DNA from: Candidatus Dormiibacterota bacterium
GTDB lineage: Bacteria > Chloroflexota > Dormibacteria > Aeolococcales > Aeolococcaceae
Direction: 5' to 3'
Length of the DNA stretch: 64,000 nucleotides
Assembly: GCA_963718525.1 (NCBI GenBank)
Contig: OY970355.1
Coordinates: 672,001 to 736,000, forward strand
In this document: positions 38,191 through 48,384 of the stretch, one piece after another
Position numbering within the stretch: the stretch's first letter is position 1
Layout of the letters: each line of letters begins with the position of its first letter
The notes under the pieces: generated by a model
What the model was told of the DNA's origin: nothing
What the model saw: the letters and a program-made list of their open reading frames with translations, nothing else
The model's database searches: none
Position numbers and translations under genes: made by a program

Positions 38191-39618
38191 TCATTCCGGA
38201 CTGGTTAGGGTCTGCAGCAATTGGCGAACGGACGGTTCCCTGTCGATGTTGAGCAGCCTCTCGGCGAGGCGACCGGCAGACTGCAGAGGACCACCACCCC
38301 ATGCCAGGCAGTCGGAGAACTTCTCAATGAGCTCTGCATCAGTCATGGGGTTGTCCGGGCTGCCCTTGCCGAAGGCTGCGCGCGTCTCGAATGTCCGACC
38401 ATCACGCAGCCAGATTCGAATGATCGTCGTCATGTTGTTGTATCCAGCGGATTCGGCTTCAGGGTCGACATCGAAGTGCACACGTCCGATCATCTCCTGA
38501 ACGCGCGGCTGAATGACGACATCATCGGTGAACTGCTCAAGGCCAGCGCGGCGCTCCAGGAGAAGGATGGCAATGCAGAATTCCATACTGAACTTAGCTT
38601 CGAGGTGGTTCGTCGGCCGATGATGAATCAGTGCATTTGGCATGTGTCGGTTCGTCCCAACAGTGACCCTGTCAACGTCGGCAGGCTCCAGGTTCTCTCG
38701 GCGGATCAGGTCGATGAACGCACTCATTCCCGGGTGCGTGAGCGATCCGGAGGGATATGGCTTAATTGAAACGCCGGGGTCAGCGAACGTCCACGGGCGC
38801 CCTAGGCGAGAGTGGATTGCGTCCGCATCGTACCCTCCCCCTGCGGCTTGAAAAAACCCGCGCCTCGCTTCGAGAATGTCAGTCGCAGCTGTGAAGCCGT
38901 CGCGAGCGAGTTGCGCGCCGAGGATCCCGCTCTCTGCCGCCCGGCCGGCATGGAAGGGCTTGGTCATGGTTCCGAAGTTCTCGCGCAGGCCCGCCGCCTG
39001 GCTGGCAGCAATTCCAAGGGCAACCGCCGTTGTCTTCGCGTCGAGGTGCAGCATGCGAGCGGCGGCCGCCGCTGCTCCGATCGTCCCGAGGGTGCCTGTC
39101 GAGTGGAACCCCGCATCGTAGTGACGAGGATAGATCGCTTCGGCGACCTTCGTAGCCACTTCGACGCCGATCAGGTATCCGAGGAGCAAGTCAGCTCCAG
39201 AACGGTCGCACTCCTCCGCAATGGCGAGCGCTGCGGGCAAGACGGGCGCGGTGGGATGAGTGAGCAAACCATAAACCCGGTCAGGGAGTGTGGCGAGTTG
39301 CGTGTCGTCGTAGTCCTCGGCGTGGATGGCAAGACCGTTGAGGAATCCAGCAAAGCGGGCCGGGACCTTCACGGCTGTTCCGAGCACTGACGCGTCGCGA
39401 TTGGCACATCCGTACGAGGCGACTTCTCTCCTTGCGATGCCCGCTGCCGCACTCCTCGAGCCGGCCACTGCGAGTCCGAAGCCATCCAGCAGCGAACGTT
39501 TGGCCTTGTCCAGCGTCGAGGGTGAAATGGATGCGAGTTCAGCGTGGCCGATGAACTCCGCGACTTCGGCGGTCAGCCCTTCAACGAGAGCGGTTTCCGG
39601 ATCCTTGAGCACGTGCAC
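38191..39618 (-). CDS. MmgE/PrpD family protein
   Basis: NGLAIHAEDYDD, THPTAPV, GFHSTG, TKPFHAG, IKPYPSG, AKFSM; start uncertain (39612-39648). Confidence 0.92.
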   Translation of the reverse strand: MHVLKDPETALVEGLTAEVAEFIGHAELASISPSTLDKAKRSLLDGFGLAVAGSRSAAAGIARREVASYGCANRDASVLGTAVKVPARFAGFLNGLAIHAEDYDDTQLATLPDRVYGLLTHPTAPVLPAALAIAEECDRSGADLLLGYLIGVEVATKVAEAIYPRHYDAGFHSTGTLGTIGAAAAAARMLHLDAKTTAVALGIAASQAAGLRENFGTMTKPFHAGRAAESGILGAQLARDGFTAATDILEARRGFFQAAGGGYDADAIHSRLGRPWTFADPGVSIKPYPSGSLTHPGMSAFIDLIRRENLEPADVDRVTVGTNRHMPNALIHHRPTNHLEAKFSMEFCIAILLLERRAGLEQFTDDVVIQPRVQEMIGRVHFDVDPEAESAGYNNMTTIIRIWLRDGRTFETRAAFGKGSPDNPMTDAELIEKFSDCLAWGGGPLQSAGRLAERLLNIDREPSVRQLLQTLTSPE

Positions 39619-39633
39619 GAATAGCCAACCTTC

Positions 39634-39648
39634 GTATTTTGTATACAA
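39634..39648. promoter_or_regulatory. Candidate GntR/FadR operator TTGTATACAA
   Basis: Perfect palindrome at 39639-39648 upstream of the MmgE/PrpD gene; related copies at 46954 and 48262. Confidence 0.65.
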
Positions 39649-39698
39649 GCCGGCGGACAGAATACTCGGCGGCTCCTGCTGGCGTCAACCGGCGAGCC

Positions 39699-40112
39699 CT
39701 ACAGAGTCCATCCCAGGAGCCCGTCAGCTCCGTAGCGCCCGCCGCCGCTGATGAGGAGCGCAACCACGCTCCCAAGTACCGCCAATGGCCAGTCCCAGCC
39801 GCCGATGAATCCCGCGCGCCATTTGAACCGCGCGATCGCGACGACAAGAATTCCAACGAGAGGAATCGCGACCAATCGCACCAGGAGCCCTATCCCCATA
39901 AGGGAGCCCGCCACCAGCTCGCTTACACCGACCGCACGCGCCAGCGCGCTTGGCCATGGGAGTCCACCATATGCGATCAACTGCGCGAGGGCATTCCGGC
40001 CGTGCGGTGCGTTCGCGGGTCTCAGAACTTTCACCCATCCCTGTGCGACGAAGATCGAAGCCACCACGAGACGGAGCACAAGGAGCGAGACATCGAAACC
40101 CGAGGCAATCAC
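39699..40112 (-). CDS. DoxX family membrane protein
   Basis: LLVLRLVV..FVAQGWVK, ELVAG, GGGRYGAD. Confidence 0.88.
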   Translation of the reverse strand: MIASGFDVSLLVLRLVVASIFVAQGWVKVLRPANAPHGRNALAQLIAYGGLPWPSALARAVGVSELVAGSLMGIGLLVRLVAIPLVGILVVAIARFKWRAGFIGGWDWPLAVLGSVVALLISGGGRYGADGLLGWTL

Positions 40113-40972
40113 CCTGTTGTCTTGAGTGCGGATTTCTTCCGAGTTTCCCGGCGCCTACCCTCGGCCCCCCCTTGATCCAGCCGAGCCTCGGCAACGATGA
40201 TCTCACTCACCCCGAGCGGATGTCCGAGAGTGGCGTCGCCGCGTGGCGATTCGGATCCCGGCACGGAAAGCGCGCCCACATTTTCTCGACTGAAGTGCTC
40301 CATGAGTGACCGACGAGCACCCTCAACATGCTCGCGCATGAGTGCCTCAGCTTTGTTGCCGTCGCGCCGAGCAATGGCACCGAAAAGCTCGCGATGCGAC
40401 TGCATCACGACCTCGGGCCTCCCCGGAAACTGCAATGTCACGCTGCGATAGCGGAAAACGCGAGCGTAAATCACCGCGAGCATCTCAGAAAGAGATGTGC
40501 TGTGAGCACACTCGTAGATAGCGCGATGAAAGCTGTCCGCGTCGATGACGACGGCATCCTTGCCCGTCGAGCGTCGCACGGCACGATGCGGATGGCTGAG
40601 CAATCGGTCCATCTCCGCAATCTCGGACTCCGTGGCTCGCTCCGCCGCGAGGCGTGCTGCGATCCCTTCCAAAGCCCCGCGGATGCGATAGATATCGTCG
40701 GCATCATCAAGTGAGATCGAGGCAACGAAGATGCCGCTGCGCGGCCTGACCTCAACGAGGCCGTCCTGCTGCAGACGCCGAATTGCCTCGCGTACCGGAT
40801 TGCGGCTGACACCGAGCGTCGCCGCGAGGTCCGTCTCGTACAGTCGCTCCCCGAGCTGGAATTGGCCGGTCACGAGCGCGTTCCGAAGCGCACGATAAGT
40901 CCGTTCCTGTAACGACACGTGGTCTCCCAAAGCGGGGAGGCGGGGCGAGGAACCACCATCACGATTGCTCAT
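40109..40972 (-). CDS. GntR family regulator with FCD domain
   Basis: LAATLGVSRNPVREAI, IRGALEG, FHRAI, MREHV. Confidence 0.93.
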   Translation of the reverse strand: MSNRDGGSSPRLPALGDHVSLQERTYRALRNALVTGQFQLGERLYETDLAATLGVSRNPVREAIRRLQQDGLVEVRPRSGIFVASISLDDADDIYRIRGALEGIAARLAAERATESEIAEMDRLLSHPHRAVRRSTGKDAVVIDADSFHRAIYECAHSTSLSEMLAVIYARVFRYRSVTLQFPGRPEVVMQSHRELFGAIARRDGNKAEALMREHVEGARRSLMEHFSRENVGALSVPGSESPRGDATLGHPLGVSEIIVAEARLDQGGAEGRRRETRKKSALKTTG

Positions 40973-41016
40973 GCACAGCCCCCGAATGCCCGCGGACCCG
41001 GGTATTATCTAACAAC

Positions 41017-42084
41017 CTAGCGTTCCTCGTGATCCAACGCGGCAATCAATGCGTCAGACACTTCACTCGTTGACGCAACTCCGCCGAGGTCGCTGGTCCG
41101 TGGGCCACTTCTTGCCACGTGCTTCACTGCGCGCATCACCATCTCTGAGGATTCGCGCTCGCCGAGGTGGCTGAGCATCAGGGCGGCGCTCCAGACGGCA
41201 CCAATAGGATTGGCGATTCCCTGCCCGGCGATCGTCGGTGCGGATCCGTGCACGGGCTCGAACATGCTGGGGTAGCGGCGCTCGGGGTTGAGATTTGCGG
41301 ATGCCGCGAGTTCCATGCCCCCCTGCAATGCGGCGCCCAGATCGGTGAGGATATCGCCGAAGAGGTTGCTGGCGACAACCACGTCAAGAGTCTCTGGCGC
41401 ACTGACAAAGCGCGCGGCGAGCGCGTCAACATGAAACGCCGTGAGGTTGACGCCTGGATAGTCAGCGGCAACGTGGGCGGCAACCTTTTCCCAGAGCACC
41501 CCTGTGTACTGCAGGGCGTTCGCCTTCGAGGCACTGGCCACGGAATGCCTGCGCTCCGCGGCACGATCACAGGCGTACCTTACGATCCGTTCCACCGCAG
41601 TTTCAGTGAATACGGCTGTCTGGATCGCCACCTGTTCGGCCTGATGCGAGAATGCGCCGCCCAACCCTACGTACTCCCCTTCAGAGTTCTCCCGAATACA
41701 AAGAATGTCGAGATCCGCCGGGCCAACACCACGAAGTGGCGAACGCACGCCCTCCAACAGCTGGATGGGCCGTAGGTTGACATATTGGTCGAAGGACTGA
41801 CGGATGGGCAGAAGGAGTTCGCGAAGCGATACGTGGTCGGGAACCAGAGGCGATCCGATTGCCCCGAGGAGGATTGCGTCAGAGTCGCGGAGGCGCTCCA
41901 TACCATCCACGGGCATCATCCGCCCATGCTCCTGATACCACACACAAGACCACGGATACTCGATCAAGTCCAAGCCGAACGAATTTGTGAGCGCGGCGAC
42001 GCGCGCAAGGACGCGGCTCGCCACGGGGACGACCTCAGTTCCAACCCCATCTCCAGCGATCACCGCGATGCGATGTCGTCTCAA
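41017..42084 (-). CDS. Tartrate/D-malate dehydrogenase-like beta-decarboxylating dehydrogenase
   Basis: GDGVGTEV, FDQYVNLRP, RENSEGEY, SNLFGDILTDL, EPVHGSAP. Confidence 0.92.
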   Translation of the reverse strand: MRRHRIAVIAGDGVGTEVVPVASRVLARVAALTNSFGLDLIEYPWSCVWYQEHGRMMPVDGMERLRDSDAILLGAIGSPLVPDHVSLRELLLPIRQSFDQYVNLRPIQLLEGVRSPLRGVGPADLDILCIRENSEGEYVGLGGAFSHQAEQVAIQTAVFTETAVERIVRYACDRAAERRHSVASASKANALQYTGVLWEKVAAHVAADYPGVNLTAFHVDALAARFVSAPETLDVVVASNLFGDILTDLGAALQGGMELAASANLNPERRYPSMFEPVHGSAPTIAGQGIANPIGAVWSAALMLSHLGERESSEMVMRAVKHVARSGPRTSDLGGVASTSEVSDALIAALDHEER

Positions 42085-42085
42085 T

Positions 42086-43108
42086 CTAGCCCGCTGCCTG
42101 GGCGACCATGTTGAAAAGTCGCGATGCGTCAGCTGGATCTCTTCCCTCTCCCAACGCCACCATGAGCAGGATCCAAGCCTTTTCGGCGGTCAGGTCATTG
42201 GCGGACAAGAGCGGGAGCGCTCGCAGGGGTGAGCCGGTCCCACCGGTGGGCGGGGTCGGAACTCGGCCTTGAGGCGCTCTCGAGGCGATGACGACGGGAA
42301 CGTTCGCAGCTACCGCGCGCGCCACGCCTTCGAGCATCGGCAAGGGCACGGCCCCGGCGCCCGGAAGACCCTCAACAACAAGCCCGTGTGTGCCTCGATC
42401 CAAGGCAGCGTCAACCGCTGAAGCATCGGCGCCCGGGACAACTTTGAGGAGCGCAACCGCAGGATCGATGACGCCAGAGAAGCGCGGGCCCTCAACTGGC
42501 GTGCGCTCGTAGGTGACGTCGCCCTGTACCACCTTGCCCACCGGTCCGTTGACATCGATGAAAGCGTCGATGTCGTGCCTATGGCGCTTCCAGACCCCCC
42601 GGGCGGAAAGGATGCGCCCGTGAAAAGCGACTAAGACACCTTTGCCGCGAGATTCGTCTGCGCGCGCAACATCGAGCGCGTCCCGCAGGTTCGAGGGGCC
42701 ATCTGGTGAAGGATCGTCCGCACGGTGCATCGCGCCGGTGAAGACGATGGCGGCGTCGGCGTCGAAGAACAACTCGGTCATGTAGGCGAGATACTCAAGT
42801 GCAGACGTGCCAACAGTGACGACGAGGCCGCGCTCGGGATGCGTTCGAGCCTCATCACGGATCCTGAGGGCAATCACGCGCATCTGATCAGGGGTCAGCT
42901 GCCAACTCGGAACCCGCGAAATCTCCTCCGCGTCCACAGGCCCAGCCTGGCCGGCCAGACGCGTGACGGCATCACCGCCAAACAGCGGTGCGGTCTCGCC
43001 ACTGGATGGATCCAGCCCGGTGGCAATGGTTCCCCCGGTGGTCAAGACTTTGATCAGCCGGAGCCGATCGGATCCCGAGGTCTCGTCGCTCGCCAAGGGT
43101 TGGTGCAT
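42086..43108 (-). CDS. Asparaginase-family amidase with a divergent active site
   Basis: TTGGTIA retained; HGTDT replaced by VGTSA; FTGAM..DGPSNL. Confidence 0.85.
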   Translation of the reverse strand: MHQPLASDETSGSDRLRLIKVLTTGGTIATGLDPSSGETAPLFGGDAVTRLAGQAGPVDAEEISRVPSWQLTPDQMRVIALRIRDEARTHPERGLVVTVGTSALEYLAYMTELFFDADAAIVFTGAMHRADDPSPDGPSNLRDALDVARADESRGKGVLVAFHGRILSARGVWKRHRHDIDAFIDVNGPVGKVVQGDVTYERTPVEGPRFSGVIDPAVALLKVVPGADASAVDAALDRGTHGLVVEGLPGAGAVPLPMLEGVARAVAANVPVVIASRAPQGRVPTPPTGGTGSPLRALPLLSANDLTAEKAWILLMVALGEGRDPADASRLFNMVAQAAG

Positions 43109-43123
43109 GACGTTCGAGGCGGA

Positions 43124-45572
43124 CTACGCAGGCGGGGTATCGAGCGTCTGAGCGTCGCGCGTCGACTTCGCCTCGGCAGTATTTGCAGCTCGGCCTGCGT
43201 CGGCGACGAGTTCGGAGGATCTCATACGGCATGAGAGGCATCCGATCAACGCGAACACCCAGTGGGGACAGCGCATCTTCAATCGCTTCTGCAATGACAG
43301 CGGACACTGGAATGACGCCTGCTTCGCCCGTACCCTTGACACCCAACGGATTCAGCGGTGACGGCGTTTCAACATGATCGAGAATCACCTCTGGCACGAC
43401 ATCGGCCGTGGGGAGGCGGAAATCCATGAAGTTCGCTGAGAGCGGCTGTCCGTTGGGATCGAAGGCGAGCCTCTCGAGCAGCGCCCCGCCTATCCCCTGA
43501 ACCAAGCCGCCGAGCACCTGGCCCTCGACGATCATTGGATTCACCATGACGCCACAGTCATGCACGAGGACGTATTTGATGAGACGAACATCCCCGGTGC
43601 TAAGGTCGACCTCGATCGTGGCCGCATGGACGCCACTGCCATACAGCTGCTGTCCGGCGCCGAAGAATCCGCGCGCCTGAAACAGAGGAGGCACGCCGAT
43701 GACTTGTCCGGCTCGCAGGCTCAGCCGGTCCATGACGCTCGCGTCGTCAGCAGCAACGCGATCGACGGGGTAGCCGTATGGGTTCGTCAACGCGGCCAGC
43801 CCCGCGAACGATATCCGATTCTCCGGTGATCCGATCACCTGGACACCGCCATTGAGAAACTGCAGGTCAGCGGCCGAACATTCGAAAAGATCAGCGGCGT
43901 AGTCGGCAAGCTGGCGGCGGAGTTCCAGTGCCGCCTGCGCAACCGCGTTGCCCGCAAGAAGCAGCGACCGACTCCCAAAGGTCCCAAGACCAAACTCCAC
44001 TCGGCTGCTGTCACCTCCGCGTACGACCACCTGGTCAAAGGTCGCCCCGAGCGCGTCAGCAGCTATCTGCGCGAGCGATGTGCTGTGACCCTGCCCTTGG
44101 GAGGCTGTGGCCACGTCAAAGACAAACGTCCCTGAATCGGTGAGGCGCGCGGCGCATCCTTCGTATGGTCCGGGCCCAGTGGACTCGACGTACGTTCCCA
44201 TGCCCATGCCGATGAAGCGACCTTGGTTTCGCGCCTCACGCTGTTCAATACGGAAGCTGGTGGGGTCCAGGTGATCGAGTGCCTTTCCGAATGCTGCTGG
44301 GTAGTTGCCGCTGTCATAGCGAACCGGCGCATCAATGTGCAGGCCAACGTCATATGGGAACTCATCGGCCGGGATCAAATTGCGTGCGCGGATGACGTGA
44401 GGTTCAACGCCCAGACGCCGACCAACCGCACAGATGAGCCGCTCCATCACGAAAACCGCGTGCGGGCGGCCAGCGCCTCGATATGGGCTCACCGGCGGTT
44501 TGTTGGTGTAAAGAATGTCACCGTGGACTGAGTAATTGGCGACCTTGTACTGCCCGAGCACATGGGTCGCTGTATTTGCCGGGACTGCTATGCCATAGGG
44601 GATGTATGCGCCGGTGTCATGAATAAAGGAGGTGCGTACCGCAAGAATGGTTCCGTCAGCGTCAAACGCGATCTCCGCGTCATGTATCTGACCGCGCTCC
44701 TGGTTGGCGGCGACGAAGTGCTCCCATCGATCCTCTGCCCACTTCACAGGCAGGCCAAGCTGGCGCGCGGCGAAAGGGACGAGGACTTCCTCTGGGTAGA
44801 ACAGCATGATCTTGGCGCCAAACCCTCCGCCTACATCCGGTGCCACGACCTCCACCTGGTCTTGCGGCAGGCCGAGCAGCCTGCAGAGGCCGTGCTTGAT
44901 GGCGACTGGAGCTTGGGTCGAGTCCCAAACGCGCAGCAACTCGGCCTTCGGATCCCATTCCGCGAGGACACCTCGTGTCTCGATCGGACTCGCACAGGTT
45001 CTCTCGAGCGATAGGTGCAGGCGCTCTACAAAGGGTGCGTTCGCAAATGCTGCTTCCACATCGCCGATTCCATCGTCGATTGCCCCAGCGAGGTTGCCGG
45101 GCACCTCGTCGTGCACGCGGTCGGCGCTCCCTGCGGCAGATACCAGGTCGACGACTGCGCCAAGCGGCTCGTAGTCGACGCGGACCAGCGCCGCCGCATC
45201 TTCGGCGAGATACCGATCATCGGCGACGATCATCGCCACCGCTTCGCCGACGTAACGCACCCGGGAGACCGCGAGCGGCAATTGCGTACGCGGCGAGCTG
45301 AGTGCGGAATTCGGCGAGAGGAGCGGCAGTGGCGAATTGAGCGCTCCGATGTCATGACCGGTCAGGACGAGGTGCACGCCGGGTGCAGCAGTCGCGGCCG
45401 CGACATCGATAGACACTATCCGCGCATTCGCATGTGCGCTCCGGAGGAATGCAGCGTGGAGCGCTCCGTGCAGCTCAATGTCGTCCAAATATCGACCCCG
45501 TCCTCGGAGCAGACGATCATCTTCGCGCCGACGAACGGGTGCGCCGACGTAGCTCGGCGAATCGCTAACCAT
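43124..45572 (-). CDS. Xanthine dehydrogenase/form II CoxL-like molybdopterin subunit; probable frameshift near 43214
   Basis: RREDDRLL, VGGGFGAK, PYRGAGRP, GTFGSRS, KGTGE; a natural-looking C-terminus ends at the TAG at 43124 in a shifted frame. Confidence 0.88.
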
Positions 45573-46053
45573 CCTTGCCCATCTCCGCCGGCGCCAACAC
45601 GCTATCGATAGCGCGCACGATGTTCCGGTAGCCTGTGCAGCGGCAGAGGTGACCACCGAGAGAACTCAGCAACTCTTCTCTACCCGTCGCACCCTCGTTG
45701 AGGCTTGCTGTCAATGACATAACAATGCCGGAAGTGCAGAATCCACACTGGAGACCATGCTCAGCCCGGAACGCCTCCTGTACCCGGGTCAATGGGCCAT
45801 CGCCTGCGAGTCCCTCGATTGTTGTGATATTCGCTCCGTCCGCCTGGACCGCGAGCATGAGGCACGAGCGGACTGCGCCGCCATCGACGATGACGGTGCA
45901 AGCGCCACAGACGCCATGTTCACAACCGACATGCGTCCCTGTCAGGCCGAGCGTGTGACGAAGCCAATCCGAGAGCAACAGACGGGATGGGACCTCCATC
46001 TCGTGCCGGATCCCATTCACCTCGCACGTGATCGATCGCATATCCTGATTCAT
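45565..46053 (-). CDS. 2Fe-2S small subunit (CoxS-like)
   Basis: GCEHGVCGACT, QCGFCTSG, LCRCTGY. Confidence 0.94.
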   Translation of the reverse strand: MNQDMRSITCEVNGIRHEMEVPSRLLLSDWLRHTLGLTGTHVGCEHGVCGACTVIVDGGAVRSCLMLAVQADGANITTIEGLAGDGPLTRVQEAFRAEHGLQCGFCTSGIVMSLTASLNEGATGREELLSSLGGHLCRCTGYRNIVRAIDSVLAPAEMGKDG

Positions 46054-46919
46054 AAGGAGACCTGGGAAGTACTGAGGGCCTGTTGCAGGGATCGTACGAC
46101 CATTGGTCCAACGAGCTCATAGCGATACGCGGTTTCAGGGTCGTTCGTCGGCTCTTCGCGCACCTCGTCAACGGCCATCGCGGCCGCGGTGCGAATGCTG
46201 TCCTCAGCTATGTCGCGTTCCTTGAAGACGCTCTCGGCCGTATGGCACCGGACTGCTCGACGCCCGGGTCCGAAGGCGACGATCTGAACCGCAGCACCCT
46301 CCAGGCCGTTTCTAACCAGACAGGCAGCGCCTGCAAGAGCAAAGTCGCCCCGCCGTTGCGCATATTCTGTGAAGCCCCAACCAGTCCCCATCGGTGGCAG
46401 CGGCATGACAATCTCCACGAGCATCTCATCCGGATGAAGCGCGGTGGTGAGGAAGCCGCGGAAGAAGTCGTCCGCCGGGATCGTTCGAGTTCCCCCGGAA
46501 CTCGCGACACGCATCACAGCATCGGTAAGCATGCAGATCGCCGGAATCTCAGCGGCCGGGTCCGCGTGCGCGATCGTTCCTCCCACTGTACCCCGATTGC
46601 GGATTTGGACATGCCCCACCCATCGCGAGGCTGCGACCAGTAACGGGAATCGTTGCGCGAGCTCGGACGACTGTTCCAATGCCCGCACCCGCGTCAGCGC
46701 CCCAAGCGAGAGTTGCTCCTGGTCAAGGCGAATTCCTGCCAAGCCGGAGATGTAGTTGACATCAACAATCACCCGAGGTTGGACCAGGCGAAAGTTCATC
46801 AATGGGATGAGGCTCTGTCCGCCTGCCAGCACCTTGGAGTCGTCTGGAGCCGCAGCAAGGATTGTCACCGCTTCAGCAACGCTGCTGGGACGACTGTACT
46901 GAAACGGGGCGGGCTTCAT
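46050..46919 (-). CDS. FAD-binding medium subunit (CoxM-like)
   Basis: MKPAPFQY, AGGQSLIP, QIRNRGTVGG, HADPAAE, RRGDFAL. Confidence 0.93.
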   Translation of the reverse strand: MKPAPFQYSRPSSVAEAVTILAAAPDDSKVLAGGQSLIPLMNFRLVQPRVIVDVNYISGLAGIRLDQEQLSLGALTRVRALEQSSELAQRFPLLVAASRWVGHVQIRNRGTVGGTIAHADPAAEIPAICMLTDAVMRVASSGGTRTIPADDFFRGFLTTALHPDEMLVEIVMPLPPMGTGWGFTEYAQRRGDFALAGAACLVRNGLEGAAVQIVAFGPGRRAVRCHTAESVFKERDIAEDSIRTAAAMAVDEVREEPTNDPETAYRYELVGPMVVRSLQQALSTSQVSL

Positions 46920-46953
46920 CGATGGGTGCTCCTCAGCAGTAGAGATCGCAGCG

Positions 46954-46968
46954 TTATATTGTATACAT
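46954..46968. promoter_or_regulatory. Candidate GntR operator TTATATTGTATACAT
   Basis: In the short divergent gap between the CoxM-like and MFS genes. Confidence 0.65.
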
Positions 46969-48172
46969 GAAGGCAACAGTGTCAAGCGCGGCTCAGCGAA
47001 GCAGTGTGCGTGTCGCTTGTGCCTTCGTGCTCGCCGCGGCCACGCTCAGGCCGCAGCTGGTTGCGGTCGCTCCCTTGCTTCCGAACATGACAAGGGATCT
47101 CCACCTCTCGTACGTCACCGCCGGGTTGCTGGGCGCGCTTCCCGTTCTTTGCATGGGCCTCGCGGCTCCGCTGCCATTCTGGTTGCGTGAGTGGGTCACA
47201 TCGAGAGCCCTGCTCACTGCGGGTATGGGCGCGATCGCTCTCTTCGGGACCCTGCGCGCGCTCAGCCCTGATTCCCTGACCGTGTTGTTGACCACGCTCG
47301 GCGTCGGCGTGGGAATCGCCATCGCCGGCGCATCGCTGCCCATCATGGTTAAGGAGGAGTTTCCTGGGCAACCACTCCGAGCTACGGCAACCTACACGAC
47401 GGGCCTTCAAGTTGGTGCTGTCGCGTCCGCGGCATTGGCAATTCCACTTGCGGCCGCCTTCGGTGGCTGGCGCCTGGCATTGCTGGCGTTCTCAATAGCG
47501 ACAGCGGGACTTCTCATCCTCGTGATTGGTCTGACCCGACACTTGCGTGCTGGGGGCCGCGCGGGGAAGTCGATGATCCGTGTGCGGATCGACAGGCGAA
47601 CGCTGGCCAGCGCAGGCGCGTTCGCGCTCTTCTGCTTCGCGTATTACGGCCTCACCTCCTGGCTCCCCAGTGCGTATGTCGCGTTCGGCTGGACCGCCGC
47701 GGCGAGCGGCATCCTCATCGCATTGCTCAACGTGGGGTCGCTGCTCGGAAGCTTCGGGACGGTGTTCTGGGCCCGGCGCTGGTTATCGGGCGGAGACGGG
47801 CTGGCTCTCATCGCCGGCGCCTTCGCCATCAGCGTCGCCGGCCTGGTCTTCGTGCCCCTTCTCGGTTACCCCCTGGCCTTCATTTCAGGAGTCGCCAATG
47901 GAGCATTGCTGGCGCTTATGCTGGCACTCCCTGTTCAGATTAGCACTGACCCACGCGACGCTGCGGTGCGCTCGGCGGTCACCATTGGGGTTGGCTATGC
48001 CGTGGCGTCCGCAGGTCCAGTGACCGTGGGCGCGCTTCGCGACGTGACCACGTCGTTCACCATCGCGCTCTCGGCGGTCGTTGCAAGCGCGCTTGCGCTA
48101 TGGATCGTCTGCATCGGGATCGCAGCACACACCCGCCAGAGCAGACCGACACACGCCGTGCCTGGGGCCTAA
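46967..48172 (+). CDS. MFS transporter (CynX/YeaN-like)
   Basis: LRPQLVAVAPLL, LPVLCMGL, WLPSAY, VGYAVASAGP..VGALRD; about 12 TM segments. Confidence 0.85.
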   Translation: MKATVSSAAQRSSVRVACAFVLAAATLRPQLVAVAPLLPNMTRDLHLSYVTAGLLGALPVLCMGLAAPLPFWLREWVTSRALLTAGMGAIALFGTLRALSPDSLTVLLTTLGVGVGIAIAGASLPIMVKEEFPGQPLRATATYTTGLQVGAVASAALAIPLAAAFGGWRLALLAFSIATAGLLILVIGLTRHLRAGGRAGKSMIRVRIDRRTLASAGAFALFCFAYYGLTSWLPSAYVAFGWTAAASGILIALLNVGSLLGSFGTVFWARRWLSGGDGLALIAGAFAISVAGLVFVPLLGYPLAFISGVANGALLALMLALPVQISTDPRDAAVRSAVTIGVGYAVASAGPVTVGALRDVTTSFTIALSAVVASALALWIVCIGIAAHTRQSRPTHAVPGA

Positions 48173-48246
48173 CAGCAGCAGAAGGACACCACTTCTGCCG
48201 GCCCGGCGTCGTTTACGAGGACCGATTCGTCCCCTCGTAAAATCGC

Positions 48247-48276
48247 TTGACTTCTCAAATCTTATACTGTATACAT
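48247..48276 (+). promoter_or_regulatory. Sigma70-like promoter overlapped by a candidate GntR operator
   Basis: TTGACT-N17-TATACA, with TTATACTGTATACAT at 48262-48276. Confidence 0.65.
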
Positions 48277-48384
48277 GTCCGCCACGGGGGTACAGCACGG
48301 TCATATCGAACCGGTACGTCCGAGGGTGTATTCCCACAGCTGCATGGATGGTTTTGGTCCAAGTTGAACTGGAGGCGAGTGGTC

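Noticed and set aside
43124-46919. Aerobic CO dehydrogenase (coxMSL gene order)
   Set aside because: The active-site loop is PYRGAGR, not the form I AYxCSFR; no coxDEFG accessory genes are nearby; the context is catabolic
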